DNA of 64,000 bases, taken from positions 1,704,392 to 1,768,391 of the forward strand of contig BCKQ01000003.1 of assembly GCA_001600695.1 (NCBI GenBank), given 5' to 3'. This DNA comes from Ascoidea asiatica JCM 7603. Lineage: Eukaryota; Fungi; Ascomycota. The number at the start of each line of letters is the position of its first letter. Positions within the stretch are counted from its first letter, which is position 1. Below the pieces are notes generated by a model that was not told the DNA's origin, did no database searches, and was given only the letters and a program-made list of their open reading frames with translations. The position numbers were made by a program, and so were the translations under genes. Of the stretch, positions 45,496 through 57,808 are shown one piece after another.

Positions 45496-48405
45496 CTAGT
45501 AGACTAATAATTTTAAGGTAGCTACTCTTACCATATGATTGATTATACCTAACCACCTAGCTGTTTCATCAAATAAGTCATCTTCAATTGCCTCATTTAA
45601 TCCTGGGAAGGTCATACCTTTATAACCAGTATATCTGCCAGAAGCATAAACTATATGTTTAAACCAAGGCCTTTTATTCAATCCTTTGGGATAAACAAAA
45701 AATCTTTCTATGTATTTCAATTTATGATTAATAAACCTTATTTTAAATAAAATTTTAATTTTCTCAAATTCAGGTACTGAATCGTCATCTTTTATAGAAT
45801 CATATGTTTCTTGTAATGAAATTGATTTATTATGAACAGCTGAAGATACAATTTCAAAGAATTCAATAACAGAATTTGTATTATTTATGAGATCAAATAA
45901 AGTATATTCAACATCAAAATCAAAGTTGACTTCCAGATCAGAATAATTTGGGGAATTATTTGGAGAAATAATATCTGAGATTTCGCTATGTAGTTCTTCG
46001 ATTACTTCCGTATGATTTAAACTGGCAGCATTGAAATAATTTTCATTGAATGTAGAAACATCATTATATTGTAAATTGGATGTTTGAATTTTATTCCAAA
46101 CACTCAATATTCCATTACTAGCTTTTTTCCAAAGTTCTTTTGCTCCAAAAAAGGCGCTAGTAGAATATTTTTGATAAGATTCTTCTATACTCTCTTTCCA
46201 TCTGTTGAATCTATTTTGATAATCATGTTCAATATCATTCCATTTAAAGTCACCAATTTCTTTAAAAATTTCAGAAATAGAAGTTTTATTAGTTATTGGT
46301 TTATCAATCCATTCAATTGGAATATTATTAACACTTTGATTGAAAAAATAAGATAGAACTTCTGCATTTTCTTTTAAATTAAATGAAATTGTTTCAGTTT
46401 CTGATAATTTTAAAATAATTAAACCAAGATATTTACTTAAAATATTATGATAAATAAAATCTTTATCACCAAACTCTTTCATCCAATAATAAGAATCATA
46501 ATTTGAATGATAATGATAAACAGCATCATCTTTGTCGGGTGCAAATCCCATATCAACTGATGGAATTCCTAAATGTTCTAAAAATACAGTATAATCACTG
46601 CCACTACCTAAATAACCAATTCTATCATTTAAAGTATCTTTCATATGCTCACGAAGAGTGCCAGAAGGTTTTCCGTTTTTGAAATATGGTACAGAATTTG
46701 CAAGATCTCTTAAAATATCATATAAAACAGGAGAACCAGCTATTTTAAAATGACTTCCAGCTGCAGCTACATCAACATTTAAATAAGCAACAACTTTTTT
46801 TTGTAAAAGTTTTGAATATAATTCGCCAAATTCAGTTGAACCTAAAAGACCATATTCTTCACCATCCCAAGAAGCAAATACAATTGTTCTTAATGGTTTC
46901 CAATTAAATTTTTTCTTAAGATAATCTAAAGTACGAATTATTTCAATAGTTGCAGCAGTTCCTGAATTTGGATCACCTGCACCACCTTTAACCCAAGAAT
47001 CACGGTGATTACCAACAAGTATAACTTCATTGGAAAGGATTCCATCAATTTGACCATAAACATTCCATAATGGAGTAATATTATAAGTTTGATTATTATA
47101 TAAATTTAAAGAATATGAAGGATTTGGACCAGTTGAATAATCAAATTCATCTAAATCACCTTTCCAATTTTTTGATAATTTTTTATAATTTAAACCAAAA
47201 CCATTTAATTTTTCTAAAATTGGAATTACTTCTTTATAAGATATTGGTAAAGATGGAATTGAAGGAATTGATTCATAAGGATCAATTCTTTTAACATTTT
47301 TACCTTTTGAAGCCCAACCAGGAGTTGTTGGATCACCGGGAGCTTGAGAAAGAAATTGTACAGAACCTCTTTGTAAAGAAGATGGATTTCTAGCAGGACC
47401 ATTTGGATAAGTTTCATAACCATTTTTTTTTGTTACTAACCCATCATCAGCAGGATCAGAATAAATTAATACGCCAATTGCACCAAGTTCTTGAGCAAAT
47501 TTAACTTTTAAACCTCTGAATATTGAACCATAACGTACAATTACAATTTTATCTTTAAAATCAATTTTTTTTTTAACTAATAAATCATAATCCTCTTTTG
47601 TACCATAGTTTGCATATATATATTGGGCAGTAACATTACCAGATTTTGAATAGCCGTGGAAAGCAGGAACTAAATCAGAACCAAGGGTTGTGTTATCTTC
47701 TTTTAATTCGTCTTCAATTAAATTTGGTTGATAAACAAGATCTTCAATATTTATTGAAAAAGAAGAAGATAAAGAAGAAGAGGAAGTTTTGTATAATTTA
47801 ATATGATTTTCAACTGGATAGTTAATAAAAATATCAAATGGTTCAATTGAAGTAGATAAACCATATTTTTCAAATATATCTTTTGTATATTGAACTAATT
47901 TATAATTTGTTCCAGCTAAATGTGGTTCAGCAGTATAAATTTGACTCCATTTTGAAGCTAAATTTGAATTGGATAAGAAATCTAAATATTTATCTTTAAG
48001 TTGATCAAAGGATAGTTTTTTTTCATGATTCTTTCTATTATTTCTATTGTTCCTATGATTATTTCTATTATGATGATTATTATGATTATTGTTATTATGG
48101 TTTTTATGACATTTATGATTATTTTGATTACTACTAAATTTATTAGGGAATACGAATTTCAAAAAATCTGAATAATCACTTACAGAATCTTTTAAAAAAG
48201 ATATAGATAATAAATCTCTTGAATTATAAGTGAATTGATTTTCAATTAACAGTAAATGATAAACAATTAAACCTATTAAAGATAAAATAATAAATCTAAT
48301 AGTTGTATTTCCCCAACGTTTCTTTCGAATTGTTTTTTTAATAGGGACCGATGTTAAAACCCTTGAGGTCAATAATGGATTCTGAGGATCTCCAGAAGAA
48401 AACAT
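45496..48405 (-). CDS. VPS70: M28B glutamate carboxypeptidase II / transferrin-receptor-like type II membrane protein
   Basis: TM helix, EPHLAGT, PA domain (RYGSIFRGLKV), GNHRDSW, GAGDPNSG, WDGEEYG, YHYHSNYD and TfR dimer domain RPWFKHIVYA. Confidence 0.85.
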   Translation of the reverse strand: MFSSGDPQNPLLTSRVLTSVPIKKTIRKKRWGNTTIRFIILSLIGLIVYHLLLIENQFTYNSRDLLSISFLKDSVSDYSDFLKFVFPNKFSSNQNNHKCHKNHNNNNHNNHHNRNNHRNNRNNRKNHEKKLSFDQLKDKYLDFLSNSNLASKWSQIYTAEPHLAGTNYKLVQYTKDIFEKYGLSTSIEPFDIFINYPVENHIKLYKTSSSSLSSSFSINIEDLVYQPNLIEDELKEDNTTLGSDLVPAFHGYSKSGNVTAQYIYANYGTKEDYDLLVKKKIDFKDKIVIVRYGSIFRGLKVKFAQELGAIGVLIYSDPADDGLVTKKNGYETYPNGPARNPSSLQRGSVQFLSQAPGDPTTPGWASKGKNVKRIDPYESIPSIPSLPISYKEVIPILEKLNGFGLNYKKLSKNWKGDLDEFDYSTGPNPSYSLNLYNNQTYNITPLWNVYGQIDGILSNEVILVGNHRDSWVKGGAGDPNSGTAATIEIIRTLDYLKKKFNWKPLRTIVFASWDGEEYGLLGSTEFGELYSKLLQKKVVAYLNVDVAAAGSHFKIAGSPVLYDILRDLANSVPYFKNGKPSGTLREHMKDTLNDRIGYLGSGSDYTVFLEHLGIPSVDMGFAPDKDDAVYHYHSNYDSYYWMKEFGDKDFIYHNILSKYLGLIILKLSETETISFNLKENAEVLSYFFNQSVNNIPIEWIDKPITNKTSISEIFKEIGDFKWNDIEHDYQNRFNRWKESIEESYQKYSTSAFFGAKELWKKASNGILSVWNKIQTSNLQYNDVSTFNENYFNAASLNHTEVIEELHSEISDIISPNNSPNYSDLEVNFDFDVEYTLFDLINNTNSVIEFFEIVSSAVHNKSISLQETYDSIKDDDSVPEFEKIKILFKIRFINHKLKYIERFFVYPKGLNKRPWFKHIVYASGRYTGYKGMTFPGLNEAIEDDLFDETARWLGIINHMVRVATLKLLVY

Positions 48406-49381
48406 AGCAAAAGTATCACTCTTTTATTAAAGAAAGAGGATATGAAAAAAACAATAATTGAATTGAAATGAGACAAGATATGTGTATATAATAAAATTGA
48501 GTAGGAAGATTCGATTTAATTTATATTGGATTTTATATCATTATCTCAAATCAGAACCAATTCCAGAATCAGTTTGCCTTTGCTTTTGACCTGCTCGATC
48601 TCGTCGTTATCAGGCTATCCGGTTATCGCATAGTAAGAACTAAATGCACGAGCATCACAGCTGTTAAATTCCGGAAAAGCGCGCTGGCCAGAGCACCGGC
48701 TAGCCGCAATAGTATGGGAGTACTATGTGCAAATAGCACCGAAACAGCCATGCTATCCCTTTCCTTAATATTTCTCACTTTCTCACTAAATCTTACAAGA
48801 TTTTGTTACTACGACCAGTCACAAAATAATCAAAACTGAATTTCTCATACAAACCACATGTAGTTGAGAAATCTAAAACATTATTAAGTTGAGAGCTATC
48901 AGAGAAAACCTTTATCAGATACATTTACATCATAAGTACAGGTAAAGAAAATTAATTCTCACAGTATTTTTCCTGGAATTCTTCTACTTTTAATTTTACT
49001 TTTAGCTCGCAAATTTGACAAAGAAGGGAAGAAAAACTAGAATATATTGTATTAGATATTTATTTATTTACTTACTAACAATTGATTTTAAAGGATTATC
49101 AGGAAGTAACAGTAAATACTCCTACTACTATTTTATGCTTTAATTATGTAATTGGAATAAGGTTAGGACGTCCCCGTTTAGTTCGAGGCTTGTTATTATG
49201 TGGCGGTGCAGTTATATTTCATTATTTTAATACTTTATTATTCTAATTTCCAAATTCATCTAAATTGAACAGGATTTGGAAAAGACTAGACATATCTTTA
49301 ACATTAATTCCAGAATTTATGTTTAAAAAAAATAGCCCACTATATTGTATATACATAGATATTTATCAATATTGTCAATGA

Positions 49382-50236
49382 TTATTCAACATTACTTAAT
49401 AATGCTGTAGTTTCAGAATTTGAAGCTGTTTGATTGACTTTAGTTAAAGTTGATTTAGATGAAAAACAACATGAAGAAGAAAATGATTCTGAATAACCTA
49501 ATTTATTTACTTCATTTAACATTAATTCTCTAGTTGTATTACATAATTCACTAACATTTTCTTTTTTCAAATTTTTTGTTTCAATTGGATCTAAAACATT
49601 AATTGTAATTATACCTTTTTCAAAAATTTTTCTTTTAAAATTTATTAATTTTGAAGTATTTGAAACTATTACTGGTATAATTGGAATATGTGCATCAACA
49701 GCTAAATGAAATGCACCTTTTTTAAAAGGTAATAAAACTGGTTCATTTGAATATGATCTTGTACCTTCTGGAAATATCCATAATGCTCTTTTTTTATCTT
49801 TAATTTTATTTAAAGCTTTATTTAATGTATCTATACTTTCTTTTTTATTTTTTCTATTTAAAAAAAATGTACCACTTAATAACATAAACCAACCTAAAAT
49901 TGGTATATATTTTAATGATTCTTTTGCTGTAACAACACATCCTTTTGGAAAAACTCTACCTAAAATTAACATATCTAATGATGATTGATGATTGGCAATT
50001 ATAATTGCAGGTAATTTATCTTTTTTAACATTTTTTTCGTTATTAATTATAATTTTTATACCTAGAATTTTACTAAATGAATAATAAAATAATCTTGCAA
50101 CTGACCATTGAGTTAAATGATTTTTACCAATTAATGAAAAAATTGTTGAAGCTATAACTCCATAAAGTGCACATCCCATAAATATATTTGCAGCAATAAA
50201 AGTTTTGAAATAAAACTTAATAGTTGAACAACCCAT
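49382..50236 (-). CDS. SLC1: 1-acyl-sn-glycerol-3-phosphate acyltransferase
   Basis: NHQSSLD, FPEGTRS and LPFKKGAFHLA motifs. First ATG is at 50236 (the track start at 50251 is TTG). Confidence 0.95.
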   Translation of the reverse strand: MGCSTIKFYFKTFIAANIFMGCALYGVIASTIFSLIGKNHLTQWSVARLFYYSFSKILGIKIIINNEKNVKKDKLPAIIIANHQSSLDMLILGRVFPKGCVVTAKESLKYIPILGWFMLLSGTFFLNRKNKKESIDTLNKALNKIKDKKRALWIFPEGTRSYSNEPVLLPFKKGAFHLAVDAHIPIIPVIVSNTSKLINFKRKIFEKGIITINVLDPIETKNLKKENVSELCNTTRELMLNEVNKLGYSESFSSSCCFSSKSTLTKVNQTASNSETTALLSNVE

Positions 50237-51100
50237 TTTACACTCTTTCAATAATAAAAAAACCTAGCTAGTCATTAATTCATAAATAATCAATATGATT
50301 CTCTCATGAAAAAAAAAAAAATACAATATTGAAATACAGTAACGTTAAAGCTAACTGTTATATTTTGAATTGCATTGGCTTTCATTGTTAAAGAATTTCA
50401 CCCGGTTTTTTTCAGCTTTCCCGGTTTTGATCTCAAAAGCACAAAAACAGCACGTGTAACTAGTTTAACTGGTCGAAACTCCATACTTGTTTCGTTCTTG
50501 AGCTTAATTTGTTGGGCACAAAGCGGATCAGAAAAACAAGAAGCCGGCTAACTTTCGCAATCGGCTACTGATTTAAAGTTTAGAACAAGCTTCAATCTTT
50601 CACAAATGCAATTTTTACCCCTTTGAGGATAGTTATAAGATCAGGTGACCAACACTTTAAAAATATGTGCCCATACTCCCAACAGATGGTATGCAATAAT
50701 AAAATAAGTTATAAAATTAAGAGAGAGATTAATCAAGTTATTTGAAATTTATTTAAAATATGCAATATTTATATATCTACTGTATTTATATAAAGGTAGA
50801 TCATGATGGGAACCACAGAAACATATCTTGAAAGAAAAAAATAAAAATAATCCCCAGGAAAATGAAGATATGAAAAAAAAAGTAATATGAAAAAAAAAAT
50901 AAATGAATCGATAAGACAAAATTAGAAAAAATATATAGAGTAACAATAAAAATTAGACTAAAGCAATAAAGTAAATTAATAAGTTGTATGAGATGGAAAT
51001 GAAAGAAAAGAAAATATTTTATCGTAATAGTTAGTAGTAGAATTATCAAAAGGTGTAATCAACTTCACTAATAACTAACTTCTTTGTACATTTGTTAAAT

Positions 51101-52983
51101 TTACATTCCAAATGCTTTCATTAATGCATTTGTCGCATCATCTTCATCATCATCTTCATCAATAACTTCTTCTTTTTCAATTACATTGAAATTGTTACCT
51201 TTTATTATTTTATTATGATAATCCTCACTTATATTGATATTTCCATTATTTTTGAAATTTGCTCCAGAAAATACAACATCTTTAAGATATGTAGAATTTA
51301 AATTCGAATTTAGATTATTACCAGTATTTACTTCAATAACTGTATCATTACCTCCATCAATAATTGTTGAATCTGAAGAATGTGCAATATTTATTTTATT
51401 ATTATTGAAAAATTTATTTTTATCTTCATTCTCATTATTTTCATAAAAAATTAAATTCGAATCTTCATCATCAGATAAATTTTCACTTGAACTTATAGCT
51501 AATAATGGATCAATACCCATTTTTAAAGCATTTGAATAATCTTTATTTACTTTTAAATTATTTAATTCATTTATATCATTTTCAATTAATTCATTCTCTA
51601 AATAATCAATATCATCAATTTTATTATTTAAATCCAGATTTAAATTCAGATTTAAACTTGAATTAATATCTGAATTTTGAAAAGCTTTTAAAAATGAAAT
51701 TGGAGATTTACTCATTAAAATATTTTCTTCTTCAATATCTTTATCGATAATTTTATTACTCATTAATAAATTTTTCTTTTTTTTAGATTTTTGAACTGAA
51801 TTTAATAAATCGAATTCACTAAATGAATTTTTGATAATTTTATCAATATTTTCTTTTTCTTCTTCATCTTCATACTCATCATAAATATCATAATTTCCTA
51901 GTTTAAACCCAGTTATTGTATTATGTTTTTCATCACTATAAACAATAGTATTTTCATTTTCTTGCTCATGTTCATTTCCTTCTTCTTTTCCATTTTCATT
52001 TGCAATACTTTCATCATTTACATCAGCTGTTTTTATAATTGCTTTACCATTACTATCTATTGATAAAGTCATATGACGTTTATTTGCTTTTATAATTGAT
52101 TTACTTGAAAAATTTGATTCAATTATTGGACTGTTTTTTTTATATATATTTTCATTTAAAATTTTTTTTTCTTTAAATTTAAATTTTGAATTTAATTTTG
52201 GACTTAATTTAGAAAATGATTTCATATTCAAATTTGAATTGTTATGTAAATTATTTTGAAAATTATTTGATTTTTTGATTGGTGAACTTTTTGGATGATT
52301 TCTTTTTATTAATTTGGAATTATTATTTTTAAGTAAACGAGAATTTAAGGAAGGAGAAGTGCTTTGAATATTTTGAATATTCTTAATAAAATTAAAATCA
52401 TTATTATCATTGAATATAGCTGGTGGTGATAATAACGGAGAAGAAAAAAAATTTAAATTTTTACTTAAATTTTTATTTATTTTTATTTTCTTTGAATTCA
52501 AATTATATTGATTCAAATTTAAATCTAAGGATAATTCATTAATTGAAGAAAATGATCTTTTTTTAAATTTTGATAATTTATTTTCTATCTTGTTATCTAT
52601 ATTATCTTTGACTAAATTTACAGATTCAATTTGAATTTCATTATTAATTTGATCATTTTCATTTGATGTTGAAAAGTAATAATTTTTATATAAGGGAGAA
52701 GATTGAATAATTGAAGAAAAACAAGATGAAGAATTATTATTAATTTTATAATTTGGAGAATTTGAAGAAAATGGAGAAGAAGAAGGATAAATTGAAGAAG
52801 AAGAGTTTATATTATTATTATTGTTGTTACTAAAATTTATTATCATGTTATTATCAAATTTTTGAGTTTTATCATTATATAGATTTATATTATCAATATT
52901 AATAAAAGAAGGAGAAGATAAAACGTCTAGTGGATTAACCATTGAATTCAGGATTAAATTATCGTTATTATTCATATTAGTAA

Positions 52984-53014
<31 letters not shown>

Positions 53015-53548
53015 ACTAATAAATGAAGATTGTTTTGGCAAGGGTAATGGATCATCATTAAAATTATTAAATTTAAATTTTGATTTATTATTAGTATTAT
53101 TAGTGTTAATGTTATTAATATTATTGTGGTAATTATTATCTTTAATTAGAGAATTTATATTTGAATTTGAAGAAGATTTAAATTTTGATTTAGTTGGAGT
53201 TTGAAAATTTAAGTTTATATTTGAATTGATATTTGAATTAATGATAATATTTGAATCATTTATATATTTATTAAAATTTTTCAAAGAAGAAGATGGAGTT
53301 GAAATTGTTGAATTTGAAGATTTTAAAGATTTTGATGAAATTGAAGGAGATCTATTATTATTGTTATTATTATTATCTAAATTAATTTTCATAATTGGAG
53401 AAGAATGATCTGGAGTGCCAGCTTTTATTACAGAAGCAGATGTAATTGAAGGTAATATTGAAGATGTATCTACTATAAAACTGTTATTATTATTGTTATT
53501 ATTAGTAATATTAGAATTAATATTATTATTATGATCTATTGAGTTCAT
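51101..53548 (-). CDS. Asn/Ser-rich low-complexity protein with many SP/TP sites; possibly an Msa1/Msa2-like G1 regulator
   Basis: 815-aa ORF; short structured-looking motifs LSIDSNGKAII and C-terminal DDATNALMKAF. The coding call is firm; the identity is tentative. Confidence 0.6.
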
Positions 53549-54488
53549 GATGAAATTTTTGTTGAATGAGTTTATATGCCTTTTATAATGATAATATATG
53601 ATAAATAAGATTTTAGTGTCTTTAGTTGTAAGATGAAAAAGAAAATAAAAAAGAAAGAATATAAAAAAAGAATATAAAGAGAAAAAAATGAATGAGTGAG
53701 TGAAAGAGTGAGTGAGTGAGTAAGTTAATTTAATGTATTGATGAAAAATAAAATATTATTTGAATATAGTAATTGTGAAACTAAATTATTGAAAGAATGA
53801 AATTATTTAGTAAATGAATTGATTTAGAATAGTAAAAGTAATGTTAAATTTAAGTATTGAAAAGTTATAATATTGAATTGTGTTGAATTGTTTATTTATT
53901 TAATTTATTTTTGTTTTATTAATTCCTCTTTTGAAATCAATGTTGTTGTAATGTAGAAACCAAGAGCAACAAGAAATGAAATAAAGTGTACGGAAAATAA
54001 TTTTTTTCTAAAAAAGTGAAAAAAAATAAATAAATGATAAATGATAAATGACAAATAATAAATGACGAATGATAAATGAAGAAAGAATTTTATAAATTTT
54101 AAAATGGATGGAATTGAAGGAAAATGAAAATGGATGGATTTTTTTTTAGATAATATTTAACCGTATGGAATTTTAAAAGGATTTTAATCCAGGATTTTTA
54201 TTAAAATTGATAATTTTACTGATTAAAGAAAGAGAAAGAGAATGAGATTGTAGGAGAGAAACGATTGAAATGTATTAATATGGATGTGAATATGAATAAA
54301 TATAAATATAAGAATGATTATTTGTTGATGATATTGATATCATTAATATTAATATATTGATATTGATATGGATATGAATGGAATTGAAATATCAAATAAA
54401 TAACAATATTGATAAGATCTAAGGATAAATATATTTGTATATGTGTATATATTGATAGGATATAAATATAATGAAATAATTGAAATTT

Positions 54489-54540
54489 GATATGAAATGA
54501 TATGATATGATAAGATATGATATGATATGATATGGTATGG
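54489..54540. repeat. Imperfect (GATAT)n microsatellite
   Basis: About ten units read directly. Confidence 0.85.
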
Positions 54541-55177
54541 TGAAAATGAAAGGATTAATTGGGATTTGAAGTGATATTTGCCTTATTGAGCTACCAAGTA
54601 AATATATTTAGCTTACAGTACTGTAGTGAAAAGTTGCAGTAAAAGTACTAACAGCACTAATCCGGTATACTTTCAATAAAATGGTAAAGTATTGAAATGG
54701 CCTTAGAATCAAATCAATTATTTCAATGGACAATAAATAATAAAAAGAATAGTAAATTAAAAATTATTCAATTGAATATTCATCAGAATATCAGAGTATT
54801 TTGAATCCTTTTTATATTCTGATGGACAATATTCAAATGTTCAGTTTCAAGAGATGCAAAACTTGAAGGAACAAAGTCATATATTGATCGTAATTACTAA
54901 TTATTTTATGATAGATATCAAAAGTCAATCATCACTCAAAATTCTGTCTTTCTCAATTACAATTGATTATTCAAATTAATTTTAAATTAATTTTAAATTA
55001 ATTTCAAATTGATCTTTGATTTATCTCAAGAAATTGTTAAATTGATTTCTGGGATAATTTCATTTCTTGTTTGTTTGTTGTTGATACGGTGATTAATTAC
55101 TTCATTAATTACTCGAGTAACGGTAATTAAATTTCAATTCACTTCAATTTAATCCTAGCCAGAAGTATTAATCATTT

Positions 55178-55305
55178 ACGCGTTTCGTGTTTTTTTTAGT
55201 TTGTGTTTCAGATTTGTCACCTGTAAGAAAAATAAAAACGCTGTTCCACCCACGCAAAGTAGCGTTTCAGGTTCCGTTTCCGTATTTATCTTAATGTGAA
55301 CGCGA
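55178..55305. promoter_or_regulatory. MCB/SCB cluster
   Basis: ACGCGT at 55178-55183 overlapping TTTCGTG at 55183-55189 (reverse CACGAAA); ACGCGA at 55300-55305. Confidence 0.5.
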
Positions 55306-57808
55306 CGCTCCCTCAATCCTTGCAAGCTTGTAATTGGTTCCCAATTTTAAGAATTCTAGATTTTAAGATTTCTAGATATCCAGGTTACTTGGTAACCATG
55401 TTGCCAGGCTGCCATGTTTCCATGTTGAAATTGGATGAATTCTCGTATTTACGGTAAAATCACGAGCTTAGTGCTTGTATTTTCCAACAACGTTAATTAT
55501 TAACTGCTCTCTTTCAAGGGATACAATTCTAGATTCATTTGGAATCAATTCAAGCCAAAGCACATCCTATCTAGTCAAGATGTAATAGATTTCTGACTGG
55601 AATAATAGGTGAAAAATAAAGTAACGTTTCAATTCTTAACTTTTCATCTTTTCTTTTAGTATTATTACGGAAGTAATTTAAATTCAACATTTGTTTTAAA
55701 CATGAAATTTGAAATATCTTAAAAACTTGCGTTGCAACATAAACCTAAAGGTCCGTTTCCTTCATGAAAACACAGCTTTTGCTATTGTAGATTTGCAACA
55801 AGAGGGTAACTTTATATGGTAAAATAAACAAACTTTTCCATTTATATGGATTCAATGTAATAAGAGGCACTACAGAGTATCTACTTTTTAAAACCATTAT
55901 ATTGGGTCAACTGTAATTGAAATCTATTTTTCAGATACACTTCTTCTATGATGCTCTTGAGACAAATTCAAAGAGAACAATTTTTCACTTAACTTTACAA
56001 TATATTGACAGCAAACTTTTTTTTATTTATTCTTCTTGTCTCCTCATTTCTAAACACTTCAATCTCCATAGATATTTTATGGAACCCAAAATACTCCAGT
56101 TTAAATTGTATAACTGTTTAACCATGGTTATTTTCTAATGGTAGCTTGTGACAGTAGAAAAATATGCACCCCACAATTAATTCAGCATATTTTAGGATTA
56201 CTAACTATTGCTTACATGCAGGGAAACAGTAATGTACTTCAAAATACCTCCGTGTAATACATTATGCCTTATTTAGCAACTCCGGGACTAGTTGAGCATC
56301 CGCCGGCCAAATACCGACGTGAGGAACACGGCTGTTCCCCTCCTCAAATGCTTCGGGTGGAGATCTTCTGTCCATTATAACTTCACTAATTTTGTTTTTT
56401 CTCAGTATTTTTAAGCTTATTTCTTTCTTTCTTCAGGTCATTCCAGAATTCTGAAGTGGTAAAAATGGGAGTTATTTAGTTTCTCCATAACCAAACTATT
56501 GTCACAAGCCTGTTTTGTCTAAAAATATAGTAATATACCCTCATTTGTGTCTAGCCAATAAAATGTGTCAACAAATGCTAAATATGCTTAAAAATCAGAG
56601 TTGAAATATCCAATAAATAAAATTCCAGAATAGTGTAAATTGTGTAAGTTGTGTAAGTAGTGCAACTTGATTTGTGTAAATATGGTTAGTCTAATGCTTT
56701 ATCTAAAGCTTTATCTCCAATACAAGAAAGCTTACACTTCTTGCTATTGGTTATTCCAATTTCAATTGCTTATTGCTATCTTCTTTTACTTTTATTATCT
56801 TCCTTTGCTCTTTGCTATTGCTTTTACTTTTGCTTTTTCCTTTTTATTCTCGTACGATTCCTTGTTATTCCTACCAATCACTTTCACTCATTCAACGATT
56901 GTTCTTTATTCAAATCAATTCCTATTAATTGTCTTTTTTTGATTACGAAATATGACAAAAATTCAAAAGTTTTACCTTCAAATCTAAAACTAAAAAAAAC
57001 AAAAACATAAAAAAATATAAAAAAAACACTCATAGTCAATCCAACAGTATTCTTAAATTTATTCAAATAAAAAAATATAGCCCAATTATGTATTCTTATA
57101 AAAATATTTTAGTTTTCAATCTACGAGTATAATCGAGTTCATTTATGCACTTATTCCAATATTTTACTTAAACTTATGCTATAAACTTTCTTCTTTTTCT
57201 TCTTTATGAAAAATTTATATAAATTTCATTCAACTATTTCATAAATTTCATAAATTTCATAATTCTTTTATGTAATTTTTTTTATTGTTTGCTATCTCTT
57301 TCATATATTATTTTTCTAGCATCTTTTATCTTTTTTAATTAATTTAATTTTTATATTTTTGTATGCTTTACGAATAAATTCCAATTCCACGTACAGGAAA
57401 TATTGATGTAGTGTATTTTCACTTTATTTACATTGAAATTATAAACTTTTGATGGGTTAAATGCCCAGAAGACTAATAAAAACTAAAATAAACTAAAATA
57501 AAGTAAACCACTCTAGAAAATAACAATAATTTGTTAACTATTACACATTACTTATTATGTAATTCAATTTTCCCCCATTTGAAATTTTTATCTCTTCTTA
57601 TTTCTTGCTTTTAATATAAATAGCTTTCTTCTTCCATTTATTTTTGTTTCTTTCATTTCACCTCTATATTTATATATACATATTTCATTCAGATATATAC
57701 AGTTATATTTTAATTCTTTCAATTCTTTCGTCTCTAACAATTTTTTCTATATTATTTCAGTTAGTCTTTTGCTTATTATAATCATCTCTAATATACAGTA
57801 TATACAAA

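Noticed and set aside
56198-56280. TACTAAC followed by CAG as a possible intron end
   Set aside because: The downstream frames I checked close within ~20 codons and I found no donor or exon 1; the heptamer is expected by chance in AT-rich DNA.
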